NCBI GenBank assembly: GCA_965216875.1 | Contig: OZ244207.1 | Location: 160,001 to 224,000, forward strand | Length of the DNA: 64,000 nucleotides | Direction of reading: 5' to 3' | From: Rubripirellula sp. | GTDB lineage: Bacteria; Planctomycetota; Planctomycetia; Pirellulales; Pirellulaceae | Part shown: piece by piece, positions 1-9,694 of the stretch | How positions within the stretch are numbered: the stretch's first letter is position 1 | Layout: each line of letters begins with the position of its first letter | The notes under the pieces: generated by a model | What the model was told of the DNA's origin: nothing | The model's input: only the letters and a program-made list of their open reading frames with translations | Database searches by the model: none | Made by a program: the position numbers and the translations under genes

Positions 1-501
1 TCTCGGATCGCCGCAAGGCATTTTGCGATGGGTTTCGGCGTCGCTAATGAGGGCAAACGACTGTGCTTCACTTCCTGTTCCCGACGTCGTCGGCACGGCA
101 ATCATCGGCAGCATGTCAGCGGTTGCTTTGCCGACGCCGCAGTAATCGTGAATGGTTCCGCCGCACGAGTAGACGAAATTGATTCCTTTACAGCAGTCCA
201 TGCTGCTACCGCCACCGAGGCCGATCAACAAGTCGGGCTGAACCTCGGCTGCTTTGGCAACCCCGGCATCGACCATGGCGGAAGTCGGGTTTTCGCCAAA
301 ATCGTGAAACGATTCGACCCGTAGCCCGGCATCGCGCAGCGATTTCACCGCCGCGGCGTCGTGTCCCACTTCCATGATCCCTGGGTCACTGACAACAAGC
401 ACGCAGCGGGGCCGGAACTCGGCGGCCAATTCGCCCAGTCGCGACAGGCATCCTTCGCCAAAAATGAATCGCGTACGACTTTGAGTGTCAAAAGGCTGCA
501 T
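1..501 (-). CDS. Iron-containing alcohol dehydrogenase, N-terminal part (runs off window start)
   Basis: Not in ORF track. Manual translation from ATG at 501 gives MQPFDTQSRTRFIFGEG...GENPT...LIGLGGGSSMDCCK...IAVPTTSGTGSE, the Fe-ADH GGGS and PTTxGTGSE motifs. Confidence 0.9.
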   Translation of the reverse strand, partial: MQPFDTQSRTRFIFGEGCLSRLGELAAEFRPRCVLVVSDPGIMEVGHDAAAVKSLRDAGLRVESFHDFGENPTSAMVDAGVAKAAEVQPDLLIGLGGGSSMDCCKGINFVYSCGGTIHDYCGVGKATADMLPMIAVPTTSGTGSEAQSFALISDAETHRKMPCGDPR

Positions 502-942
502 CGCTCTTTTCAAAATGCTCTTTTCAAAATTCGGTGGGCAGACAGGCAGGTCGGCTGATAGGTCCCTTTCGCACCGCCGACCCAACACTTCGGCGATAGC
601 CGGCGCTACTGCAGTAGCCTGACAATTCTACGATAGAGGGGTGTCGAGCAAGGTGCCAAGGACGCCGCGGCGATTGAACCCCTTTGGCTTCCATTTGGCC
701 CGCGGTTTGTTCCAGAATCGGCGTCCGAACCGCCAATCCTTTTGCCGCATTGTGTCAGGGCGTCGAAGAAATCGGCGAGAACACAAAAAACGTGTTTTTT
801 GAGGGCGAAGTCGGCCAGATCGAACCCGATCGTCCCATTTCTGATCGATCGGATCGTCGACGGGTGATTATCCTAAGTGACTTAACCAAACGCTCTCCAT
901 CTCCACCGGCTCGAGCCCGTCAACCGCTCGGTGGCGCCGCCC

Positions 943-3156
943 ATGAAACTCACGCAATTCTTCCGACGCAACGGCAATCTCAACCGCCGTAAGGGGCATA
1001 TGACTTGGGCTTCCAAGAGCATGTCCCACTCCGTCACCCGCGCGGGTCTGTTTCTAAAGAAGCAACTCTGGATCTGGCCGATCGTCGCGATTGTCATCCT
1101 GTCCATCACGGGATTCACCGTCCGTCGCTCGATTGAATCAACCATTCAAGGCAATTTGTCCTCTGGGCTTTACGCATTGATGTCGGTCGAAGTGGCGATG
1201 TTGGAGAACTATTTCCAGGTTCAGCAGTCCAACGCCGATGCGATGGCACGCGATGCCCAAGTCCGCAGACTGATTTACCAGTTGCTTGATTCGCAAGTCG
1301 ATCCGGTCCAGGCAGCCGAGATTCACAAACAGCTTGCTGACGAACTTGGGCCAGCGATGTCGTCGCATGAGTACATCAACTATTTCGTGGTTGATAAATC
1401 GAAGACGATCGTCGCTGCGTCCAACGCAGGCCTGCTTGGCCAGCAGGAAGTTCCCGAGTTTGATCGTTTTCTCAGTCGCACGCTCGACGGCAAGACGGTC
1501 GTCTGCCCGCCCTTTCCGAGTGTCGTGATGATGAAAACGGAATCGGGAAAAACGCGGATGGGGCAACCATCAATGTACGTCAGCGCGCCGCTGCGCGATG
1601 AATCGTTTCAGGTCGTTGGCGCATTGGCGCTGCAAATTCGCCCAGAACGAGAGTTCACCAAAATCTTGCAACTCGGACGTGTTGGCGAATCGGGCGAAAC
1701 CTACGCATTCGATTCCGAAGGTGTGATGGTTTCCAACAGTCGCTTTGACGAAGACATGATCCTGCTCGGTTTGCTCCCCGACCAAGAAGATTCGCACTCG
1801 ATTCTCAATGTGATGGTGCGCGATCCGGGCGGCGACATGACGCAAGGCTACCGACCCAAAACGCGCCGCGCGCAACTGCCCATGACCAAGATGGCGTCTG
1901 ACTGTATCGCGGGCAACTCGAACGTCGACGTTGAAGGGTACAACGACTACCGAGGTGTGCCTGTGGTGGGCGCGTGGAAGTGGATGCCGGAATATGAAAT
2001 CGGCGTTGCGACCGAAGTCGACGTGGCCCAAGCGTTTCGACCGCTCGTGATTTTGCAGCGTGCTTTTTGGGTTCTCTACACACTGCTCATCATCAGTGCG
2101 TTTGCGATCTTCGCTTTCACTGTCGTCGTGGCTCGCTTGCAACGCGAAGCCCAGAAAGCGGCCGTCGAGGCACAGCAACTCGGGCAATACACACTTGATG
2201 AAAAGTTGGGTGCTGGCGCGATGGGGATCGTTTACAAAGGCCACCACGCCATGATGCGCCGCCCAACGGCCATCAAAATGCTCGACATCGATAAGGTCAA
2301 CGATGCCTCGATCTCGCGATTCGAACGCGAAGTCAAAATCACTTGCCAGCTGACGCATCCCAACACGATCGCAATTTACGACTACGGTCGAACGCCCGAA
2401 GGCGTGTTCTACTATGCGATGGAATACATCGAGGGGATCGACCTTCAGACCCTGGTCAAAGATTATGGGCCCCAGCAAGAAAGTCGAGTGATACACATTC
2501 TGTTGCAAATGTGTGGCTCGCTTTACGAGGCGCATTCGCAGGGTCTCGTTCACCGTGATATCAAGCCCGCAAACACCATGCTGAGCCGGCGTGGATGCCA
2601 ACCCGATGTCGTCAAAGTCCTCGACTTTGGATTGGTCAAGGCGATGGATGACGAAAAGAACCCGCAATCCGGAAGTGGCGGTGGGTTGACCGGTACGCCA
2701 CTCTACATGTCACCCGAGGCGATTCAGGCTCCGATGTCGGTCGACGCTTGTAGTGACATCTATGCCGTCGGCGCTGTGGGCTACTTCCTGCTGACCGGCG
2801 AAAGTGTTTTTGATGCTGCGAGCATCGTTGAATTGTGCCAAAAGCATGTCGACGAAACGCCTGTTGCACCCTCCAAGCGAACCGAGAACAAGATTTCGCC
2901 GCAGCTTGAAGACGCAATCATGGGGTGTCTTGAAAAGTCACGCGCCAAACGACCGCAGACCGCGCGCGACTTGGCTCACTTGCTTGAAAAATGCCCTGGG
3001 GCGCGCGATTGGACCACCGAAGATGGCGACGCCTGGTGGGGACGCCACGAACGTGGAATCAAAGAAGAGAGCATTGCGCAAGCTGGTGGTCCCAAGCAGA
3101 ACAACGCCACGGATGGTACGATCGCTGCAACGCTCGATCGAACGATCGACGGCTGA
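943..3156 (+). CDS. Membrane-bound Ser/Thr protein kinase with Cache-like extracytoplasmic sensor
   Basis: TM (LWIWPIVAIVILSITG), Cache-like region (GRVGESGETYAFD, YNDYRGVPVVGAW), second TM, kinase motifs LGAGAMG, AIK, HRDIKPAN, DFG, YMSPE. Start may be 943 or 1000. Confidence 0.9.
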   Translation: MKLTQFFRRNGNLNRRKGHMTWASKSMSHSVTRAGLFLKKQLWIWPIVAIVILSITGFTVRRSIESTIQGNLSSGLYALMSVEVAMLENYFQVQQSNADAMARDAQVRRLIYQLLDSQVDPVQAAEIHKQLADELGPAMSSHEYINYFVVDKSKTIVAASNAGLLGQQEVPEFDRFLSRTLDGKTVVCPPFPSVVMMKTESGKTRMGQPSMYVSAPLRDESFQVVGALALQIRPEREFTKILQLGRVGESGETYAFDSEGVMVSNSRFDEDMILLGLLPDQEDSHSILNVMVRDPGGDMTQGYRPKTRRAQLPMTKMASDCIAGNSNVDVEGYNDYRGVPVVGAWKWMPEYEIGVATEVDVAQAFRPLVILQRAFWVLYTLLIISAFAIFAFTVVVARLQREAQKAAVEAQQLGQYTLDEKLGAGAMGIVYKGHHAMMRRPTAIKMLDIDKVNDASISRFEREVKITCQLTHPNTIAIYDYGRTPEGVFYYAMEYIEGIDLQTLVKDYGPQQESRVIHILLQMCGSLYEAHSQGLVHRDIKPANTMLSRRGCQPDVVKVLDFGLVKAMDDEKNPQSGSGGGLTGTPLYMSPEAIQAPMSVDACSDIYAVGAVGYFLLTGESVFDAASIVELCQKHVDETPVAPSKRTENKISPQLEDAIMGCLEKSRAKRPQTARDLAHLLEKCPGARDWTTEDGDAWWGRHERGIKEESIAQAGGPKQNNATDGTIAATLDRTIDG

Positions 3157-3188
3157 CCCACCATCCTCCCGCCACGGCTCACCTTCCA

Positions 3189-4670
3189 ATGTCTTTCCCC
3201 CTGCGCAGCGTCATGCTGCTGTTGTTCTTTGCTGCGTTGATCTCACCGGCCGGCGCAGCCAAGCCGAATGTTGTCTTTGTTCTCGTTGATGACCTCGGGT
3301 TTATGGACATTGGCGCGAACAATCCAAAGACGTTTTACGAAACGCCCAATATCGACAAGCTCGCCGCCTCGGGTGTTCGGTTCACCAACGGCTACGCTGC
3401 CAACCCCGTCTGCTCGCCGACGCGGTACAGCATCATGACGGGCAAGCATCCAAGTCGTGTCGACGCCACGAACTTCTTTTCGGGGGCACGCGCAGGGCGT
3501 TTTCTTCCCGCGCCGCTCAACAATCGCATGCCGCTGTCGGAAGTGACGATTGCCGAAGCATTCAAGGAGGAGGGCTACAAGACGTTCTTTGCCGGCAAAT
3601 GGCATCTGGGCCCAGACGAGAACTTTTGGCCGACCAAGCAAGGGTTCGACATCAACAAGGGTGGTCACAAAATGGGTGGCCCCTTCAAAGCAGGCAAGTA
3701 CTTTTCGCCGTACGCAAACCCTCGTCTTGAAGACGGTCCCAAAGGGGAACACTTGACGGCACGACTTGCCGACGAAACCTCGTCATTCATTCGCCAACAC
3801 AAAGACCAGCCCTTCTTCGCGTACCTCGCGTTCTACAGCGTTCACACGCCGTTGATGGCTCCGGAAGATCTGGTCCGAAAGTACGAAGCCAAAGCGAGAC
3901 GTTTGGGACTGACCAACAAAACTGCCTTTGCAGATGAGGAACAGGTTTGGCCTAACGCCAAACAGCGGCAGGTGCGAACTCTGCAAGCACACGCGACCTA
4001 TGCCGCGATGGTCGAGTCGATGGATCGAGCGGTCGGCAAGGTGCTCGATACGCTCGATGAATTAGGGATCGCCGACGACACGATCGTCTGTTTGACCAGT
4101 GACAACGGCGGCCTGTCGACCTCCGAAGGTTCACCAACGAGCAATCTGCCGCTTCGCGGTGGAAAAGGTTGGGTCTATGAAGGGGGCATCCGCGAAGCAT
4201 TCTTGATCCGAGCCCCAGGCGTTTCACGCACCGGTCATGTCAGCGATGTGCCCGTTGTGACGATGGATTTTTACCCGACCCTGTTGGAATTGACTGGCTG
4301 TCCACTGCGCAACGGCCAACACCTCGACGGTCGAAGCCTCGTGTCCGTGTTGAAGGGAGGCTCTCTCGATCGCAGGGATCTGTTTTGGCATTATCCGCAC
4401 TACAGCAATCAAGGAGGCTTTCCGGGCGGCGCGATCCGGCGCGGGGACTGGAAACTGATTGAGCGATTCGAAGACGGTCGATCCCACCTTTACAACCTTG
4501 CCACCGACATCGGTGAACGCAACGATGTGGCAAGCCAACATCCCGAGCGTGTCGAGCGAATGAAAGAGGCGTTGCATGGTTGGTACGACGAAGTCGACGC
4601 CAAATTCTTGCGTGCGAAAAAGGATGGCCCGAAGCCCTGGGCACCAACGCAACCGAACTCAGCGCAATAG
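3189..4670 (+). CDS. Sulfatase (FGly-dependent, S1)
   Basis: Signal peptide, PNVVFVLVDDLG, CSPTR, GKWHLG, SDNG. Start placed at ATG 3189, after the kinase stop. Confidence 0.95.
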   Translation: MSFPLRSVMLLLFFAALISPAGAAKPNVVFVLVDDLGFMDIGANNPKTFYETPNIDKLAASGVRFTNGYAANPVCSPTRYSIMTGKHPSRVDATNFFSGARAGRFLPAPLNNRMPLSEVTIAEAFKEEGYKTFFAGKWHLGPDENFWPTKQGFDINKGGHKMGGPFKAGKYFSPYANPRLEDGPKGEHLTARLADETSSFIRQHKDQPFFAYLAFYSVHTPLMAPEDLVRKYEAKARRLGLTNKTAFADEEQVWPNAKQRQVRTLQAHATYAAMVESMDRAVGKVLDTLDELGIADDTIVCLTSDNGGLSTSEGSPTSNLPLRGGKGWVYEGGIREAFLIRAPGVSRTGHVSDVPVVTMDFYPTLLELTGCPLRNGQHLDGRSLVSVLKGGSLDRRDLFWHYPHYSNQGGFPGGAIRRGDWKLIERFEDGRSHLYNLATDIGERNDVASQHPERVERMKEALHGWYDEVDAKFLRAKKDGPKPWAPTQPNSAQ

Positions 4671-4728
4671 CGCTCGTGGCCCACGGATCGCGATATGACT
4701 TTCAACAGATGCCAACAACCGACGAACG

Positions 4729-5232
4729 ATGAAAGATGTCATGCCCAAACTAACTCGTCGAAATGTTCTTTGGTGTGGAGTCGCGGCAGGCATTGCTCCT
4801 GCAATGGCCAGAGGAGCCGATCCGCCTACCCACAACGAAAATCGGGAAGCTGCACCTGCGGCGGATGCTTCAGATGGTTCTGCCGACATGAAGGTTCAGT
4901 ACCTTGAGATCGTGACCCCCGAGGTCGATGCACTTTGTCGTCAGTATTCGAAAATCTACGACGTCACCTTTAGCGACCCGATCGCAAGCTTTGGAGGTGC
5001 TCGCACTGCGAAGCTAGGTGATGGCGGCATGATCGGTATTCGCGGGCCACTTCGTCCGACGGAAACGCCTGTGGTGCGACCCTATCTACTCGTCGATGAC
5101 ATTGAGGCGGCCGTCAAGTCGGCTGCGGATACGGGTGCTGAGATTGCGATGCCAGCAACGAGCATTCCGGCGCATGGCAAGTTTGCGATTGTCGTTCACG
5201 GCGGAATCGAGTGCGGGTTCTGGCAGAATTGA
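4729..5232 (+). CDS. VOC/glyoxalase-like protein with Tat-like leader
   Basis: LTRRNVL leader; core VQYLEIVT...PYLLVDDIEAAV...GAEIAMP...GKFAI typical of VOC fold. Confidence 0.7.
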   Translation: MKDVMPKLTRRNVLWCGVAAGIAPAMARGADPPTHNENREAAPAADASDGSADMKVQYLEIVTPEVDALCRQYSKIYDVTFSDPIASFGGARTAKLGDGGMIGIRGPLRPTETPVVRPYLLVDDIEAAVKSAADTGAEIAMPATSIPAHGKFAIVVHGGIECGFWQN

Positions 5233-5417
5233 CCGCGATCGCAACCGACTCGTTGAGTTCTTGTGCCCGCCTCGAAAGAGCGTCCATTTTTGGCGATCGG
5301 CCCCCGCCGCCTTCGACAAGCGATCTCATCGCATCGACGCGGCTTCTCATGGTGCCAAAGTGATTCGGCACTACCATTGATGCACTACAGCCACCACCAC
5401 GCTTAGGATCAACCAAG

Positions 5418-6902
5418 ATGATGTTCCGTGTTTCCACCTTTGCGACAGGCCTTTTCGCTTGCGCAGTGATCGTTTGTTCGGCGTGTCCGGCCGAGTCGGC
5501 CAAAGCTTCTGACAGCGCGAAACGACCCAACGTCTTGTTGTTGTACATCGATGATTTGAAACCGATGACGCGCGACTACGGTCACGAGCACATGCGGACG
5601 CCCAACTTTGATCGGCTGGCGGCAGGGGGCATCCGATTTGAAAACGCATACTGCCAAGTCCCCACGTGCGGGGCATCGCGAGCGAGCCTGATGACATCGC
5701 TCTACCCGACCCCCAAGCGTTTTCCCGACTTCAAGTGTTGGGCCGAAAAAGATGCACCCGGTCGCGTCACTCTTCCACAGCGTTTTCGTGACGCAGGCTA
5801 CACCACGATTTCGAATGGCAAAGTGTTTCACCACAAGGACGACACCGCCGATCGATCCTGGTCGATGCCACCTTGGCGACCGCAAATCAATGGACGAACA
5901 CCGTACAACGACGAATCCTACGAGTTCCTGAAGACATCGACCCAAACGAAAAAGAATGATCGTGGCAAGCCGATCAAAAAGCCGCTGATGTTTGAAAAGG
6001 GCAATGTCGACCCGATGAAAACGAATGATGGCTTGATCGCGGCAAAGACAATCGATGATCTCAAACGACTTGCCAATGCGGACGCGCCCTTTTTCATTGC
6101 CTGTGGTTTCGCTAAGCCTCACATGCCTTTCTATTCGCCGGCATCGACGTGGGAACCTTACCCGCTCAAGAGCATCAAGCTTGCCAAGCATCGTCAGCGT
6201 CCGACGGACATGCCTGCGGCCTCGCGGTCGGTGCGTGAGCAGTTTGCCTACGTTCCGATGACTCACGATCTGACTCGTGAGATCAAGTACAACACCGATC
6301 AATACCACCGGTACATGCGTCAGGGCTATTATGCGAGCGTCACGCACGCCGACGATTTGCTTGGCCGGATCCTCGACACATTGGATTCGCTCGAGATTTC
6401 CGACAACACGTATGTCGTCGTGATCGGCGACCACGGATGGCTCCTCGGTGAACACAACGAATGGGCGAAGAACACGTTGCTGCACGAAGCGCTGCGAACG
6501 GCAATGTGGATGAAAGGCCCTGGTGTCTCAAAAGGGGCGGCAACGGAGACCTTTGTGGAGTTCGTCGACATTCATCCGACGTTGTGTCGCCTCGTAGGAA
6601 TCGAGTTTGATCAGCAGTCGATTCACGGAAAGAGTTTCGTTGAACTGCTTGCTTCACCACAGAGTCAGCATCGTGACCTCGCGTACACGCGGTTTCAACA
6701 AGGCGATACGATCACTTCGAAAACGTTTCAATATGGTCGCTGGCGCACCAAAGAGGGCGCCGAACAAACGCTACTGATTGATCGCACCAAAGACCCGCTC
6801 GGAAAGAAGAACGTAAGCGGCGACGAAGCCTATCGCGAAGTCGAAATGCGGCTGAAGCAACGTTTGCAAAGGAAAATCGCCCGAGCGAGGCAGGGGCAAT
6901 GA
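5418..6902 (+). CDS. Sulfatase (iduronate-2-sulfatase-like)
   Basis: PNVLLLYIDD, CGASRAS, GKVFH, KPHMPF, GDHG. Confidence 0.93.
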   Translation: MMFRVSTFATGLFACAVIVCSACPAESAKASDSAKRPNVLLLYIDDLKPMTRDYGHEHMRTPNFDRLAAGGIRFENAYCQVPTCGASRASLMTSLYPTPKRFPDFKCWAEKDAPGRVTLPQRFRDAGYTTISNGKVFHHKDDTADRSWSMPPWRPQINGRTPYNDESYEFLKTSTQTKKNDRGKPIKKPLMFEKGNVDPMKTNDGLIAAKTIDDLKRLANADAPFFIACGFAKPHMPFYSPASTWEPYPLKSIKLAKHRQRPTDMPAASRSVREQFAYVPMTHDLTREIKYNTDQYHRYMRQGYYASVTHADDLLGRILDTLDSLEISDNTYVVVIGDHGWLLGEHNEWAKNTLLHEALRTAMWMKGPGVSKGAATETFVEFVDIHPTLCRLVGIEFDQQSIHGKSFVELLASPQSQHRDLAYTRFQQGDTITSKTFQYGRWRTKEGAEQTLLIDRTKDPLGKKNVSGDEAYREVEMRLKQRLQRKIARARQGQ

Positions 6903-6911
6903 GAATGCCGG

Positions 6912-7325
6912 CTAGCTGCAAAGCGGGACGATCGGACTGTTCGATTTGACGAGTTGCTCGATCGTCACGGAAGCGAACGCTTTTTCAGTCGCCGCGTAGG
7001 CCTTGTCGAGTTCGGCGTGAAGTGGGCAGAGTTTCTTGTGGGATTTAAGCCCGAGCGGGCAGTGCGTGATGCGTTCGATCGGCGATACGGCATTGACGAC
7101 ATCAAGGATCGTCAGGTCGGACGGCGACGCTGCCAACTCGTAACCGCCTCCCGGTCCTGAGCGGGACCCTGTCAGTCCGGCAGCGCAAAGCTGTTGCAAG
7201 ACGCGCGTCAGGTAACGTCGCGGCACGTGAGTCGATTCGCAAAGCACGTCGGCGGACAACGGTTCTTCGGCCGATGCCATGCTGGCGACGGCGCGCAATG
7301 CATACTCAGCTGTTTTGGAGAGCAC
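6912..7325 (-). CDS. Rrf2 family transcriptional regulator
   Basis: [28 protein letters not shown]; Cys-rich C-terminus CPLG...LCPLH...PLC. Confidence 0.92.
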   Translation of the reverse strand: MLSKTAEYALRAVASMASAEEPLSADVLCESTHVPRRYLTRVLQQLCAAGLTGSRSGPGGGYELAASPSDLTILDVVNAVSPIERITHCPLGLKSHKKLCPLHAELDKAYAATEKAFASVTIEQLVKSNSPIVPLCS

Positions 7326-7358
7326 GTCGGGACACCTTCAAGCGTGTGTGGGGCGGAA

Positions 7359-8822
7359 CTACTTGGCGTATTCTCGTCTCAGCGACTCACGATCCGCTTG
7401 GACCGTGGGCGAGTTGACGACGCAGTAGAGGTGTTGGCCCGTACGGATCAACATACGATCGCCAACGAGCACGGTCGCGTAAACGGTCGGGTCGCCGTAG
7501 GAGAACATTTGGTGCAGCGACGATTCGGACATGCCTGTAAAGACAGCTTCCGGTCCCGTCTTCGGCTTTGCTTCGTCCGCGGGTACCGTGTTCACTTCGC
7601 GAGCTTTTCGAGCCGACTCGGCTGCTGCCATCATTTCTTCACGATCCCAAAGTTGATTGCGAGTCAGTTGTTCGTATTCGTCACCAGGTCGAATCACAAT
7701 CGCGAAACCATTTTTGGTGACGAAGTAGACGTACTGCTCGCCACTGCTCGTTGTGACTCCAATGGCGGACGCCCAGCATGGGTTGCCAATCCGCTTGGCA
7801 AACACTTGCTGGCCACTTTCGGCGTCGACGCAATAGAGCACGCCGGCTTTGTTGACATAGTAGACGTAGCCCGCAAACACGAGCGGAGATGAGTAGTAGG
7901 AGTTGGCTCGCTCGGCGCCCCATCGCACGTTGTATCGATTGCCATCGAGATCAATTCGGCAATTGGAACCAGCAACGTTTTCTTCGTCAGCACTCATTTG
8001 GTGGTGCATCTTGGTCGAGCCAGTGAAGATGGCTCCGTCCGCGATCGTCAACGAGGGAATGTGGTTTCCGGCAAGGCCTTCCAATTCCCACACCGATTCA
8101 CCCGTTGCTGCATCGTAGGCAGTTACGGTATCGGCAGAGCTGACAACGACAAGTTCTTGGCCACCCGAGGTGACGACGGCAGGTGAAGACCATGAAGGGA
8201 CGCGACGACCGCGATCGGCTTTCCAAACAACGTTGCCGTTGGTCTTGTCGAGAGCAACGATGTACGACGGGCCACCGTGATCGACAACAACAAAGACATA
8301 TTGATCGTTCTGGGCGGGCGAACTCGCAGTGCCACGTTCGTTGTCGACTTCACCGTATTTGACAAACAACGGAGTCGACCAAAGCCGGTTGCCTTTGTGG
8401 TCCATCGCCGTCACGTCACCGCTGGCAAAAAACGAGATGACGCGCTGGCCGTCAACGACGCACGTCGGTGCCGCGCGGCTGTTGCGAAAGTAGTTTTCAA
8501 CCTTCGTCGTCGCTTCAACTTCGCTCGTCCACCGCGTGTCGCCAGTTGCTACGTCCACTGCATGAACAAGAAGCCGTTCTTGCCAAGGTCCATCACTGGA
8601 GGTGACGAATGCCGTGTCGCCCCAGACGACCGGCGATGATTGGCCGTAGCCAGGCAAGGTCGTCCGCCAAGCGATGCCGTCTTCAGGAGACCAGTAGAGC
8701 GGCGGTGATTCTGATTCAGTGACCGAAGTGCCAGCGTTACGGAAGCTTGCCCAATGCTCGTCGCCATCGGCATGGAACGCCAAGCCAAAAGCGGTCGCAA
8801 CGATCAGTGCTAAGCGCGTCAT
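7359..8822 (-). CDS. PQQ/BamB-like beta-propeller protein
   Basis: Signal peptide, WASFR, repeated SSP and D..TG...W blade motifs. Confidence 0.85.
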   Translation of the reverse strand: MTRLALIVATAFGLAFHADGDEHWASFRNAGTSVTESESPPLYWSPEDGIAWRTTLPGYGQSSPVVWGDTAFVTSSDGPWQERLLVHAVDVATGDTRWTSEVEATTKVENYFRNSRAAPTCVVDGQRVISFFASGDVTAMDHKGNRLWSTPLFVKYGEVDNERGTASSPAQNDQYVFVVVDHGGPSYIVALDKTNGNVVWKADRGRRVPSWSSPAVVTSGGQELVVVSSADTVTAYDAATGESVWELEGLAGNHIPSLTIADGAIFTGSTKMHHQMSADEENVAGSNCRIDLDGNRYNVRWGAERANSYYSSPLVFAGYVYYVNKAGVLYCVDAESGQQVFAKRIGNPCWASAIGVTTSSGEQYVYFVTKNGFAIVIRPGDEYEQLTRNQLWDREEMMAAAESARKAREVNTVPADEAKPKTGPEAVFTGMSESSLHQMFSYGDPTVYATVLVGDRMLIRTGQHLYCVVNSPTVQADRESLRREYAK

Positions 8823-8854
8823 GAATGCGTCTCCTCGTCGAATCGAATGGAGTC

Positions 8855-9199
8855 TTACGTTGTTGATGAACCTTTGAGCAACAAGAGCAGCATCTTGGTC
8901 GGCTCGGTGGCAGCAATGCTGTGCGGTACTTTTGGCTCGAGGTAGAAGTAGCTTCCCGCACCCGCTGTTGACCGCTCGCCGTCAACGGTGACCTCGGCGG
9001 CGCCTTCGATGAAGTGCATGATCGCAGCGACCGATGCGGTGTGTTCGGAAAGTTCCTGGCCTGCGTCAAAGCCGAACAAAACCGCCTTGATGCGATCGTC
9101 TTGATGAAGCGGTCTGCTGATCGTGCTGTCCGCTTGAATGTCGATCTCATTGGCAAGATCGAAGCACCGTGTTGTGGTTATGTCCATCGCGAGCCTCAT
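8855..9199 (-). CDS. Cupin domain protein
   Basis: FGFDAGQELSEHT...EG...VPHSI..TEPTKMLL cupin signature. Confidence 0.88.
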   Translation of the reverse strand: MRLAMDITTTRCFDLANEIDIQADSTISRPLHQDDRIKAVLFGFDAGQELSEHTASVAAIMHFIEGAAEVTVDGERSTAGAGSYFYLEPKVPHSIAATEPTKMLLLLLKGSSTT

Positions 9200-9227
9200 T
9201 TGTTGGTCAACGAGCGGTGTTGGCCTA

Positions 9228-9249
9228 TTCTATACACCGGGGTATAGAA
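9228..9249. promoter_or_regulatory. Near-perfect 22-bp palindrome, candidate Rrf2 operator
   Basis: TTCTATAC-A-CCGG-G-GTATAGAA about 30 bp upstream of the cupin-propeller-Rrf2 unit. Confidence 0.55.
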
Positions 9250-9330
9250 AAGAAACGCGGGTAAAATGAGGCGAATCGACGCAGTTCCACGCGGGTGGAA
9301 GAACTAAACTGCGGTCATCCCATTGGGGGC

Positions 9331-9392
9331 GCCGAACGCGCGTGGGTGAGCCGAACGCGCGTGGGTGAGCCGAACGCGCTAGCGTCGGGCCT
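9331..9392 (+). repeat. 19-bp tandem repeat merging into a REP-like hairpin
   Basis: GCCGAACGCGCGTGGGTGA x2 plus a partial third copy continuing as the hairpin CCGAACGC-GCTA-GCGTCGG. Confidence 0.8.
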
Positions 9393-9433
9393 TAAAGGTT
9401 GGTGTGTTGAAGTTAACGCGCGCTCCAGCAATC

Positions 9434-9534
9434 ACCCTCGCGCTTGCGGGAGGGGCGGAGGCAAAGTCCGGGGAGGGGATCATCCATACAAGCCCTCTCC
9501 GGCCCTTAGAGCCCGACTCTCCCAAGGGAGAGTG
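9434..9534 (+). repeat. Composite palindromic intergenic repeat, copy 1
   Basis: ACCCTCGCGCTTGCGGGAGGG...CCGGGGAGGG...CCCTCTCCGG...AGAGCCCGACTCTCCCAAGGGAGAGTG; homologous to 14428-14526. Confidence 0.75.
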
Positions 9535-9694
9535 TTAGAATGCGCAGTTTCGAAGCCTGTGGGAAGCGCAATTGCAGCCTGTAGCACTAACGTCCTGCCG
9601 CTCAAATGTCAGTCCGGGCGCGGTGATTGTCGAAAGTGAACCACCTTCTTGCGAAGGTCGCTACGGGCTGTGCAGAAGGTGCAAGGAGACGTTA

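Noticed and set aside
28..324. 98-aa plus-strand ORF
   Set aside because: Antisense shadow of the Fe-ADH gene.
1570..2667. Long antisense ORFs (also 5409-6485, 15806-16885, 26832-27818, 37922-38911, 47849-48931)
   Set aside because: Shadow ORFs opposite well-supported genes, expected from GC-rich codon bias; no motifs.
2991..3188. Long N-terminal extension of the first sulfatase
   Set aside because: It overlaps the kinase; a signal peptide starts at ATG 3189.
9331..9392. Possible mini-CRISPR array
   Set aside because: The 19-bp units are directly adjacent with no spacers and there are no cas genes; this is slippage at a REP.
9295..9639. ORFs across REP-containing intergenic regions (also 14438-14698, 17042-17242)
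   Set aside because: They are translations of palindromic repeats with no coding signature.
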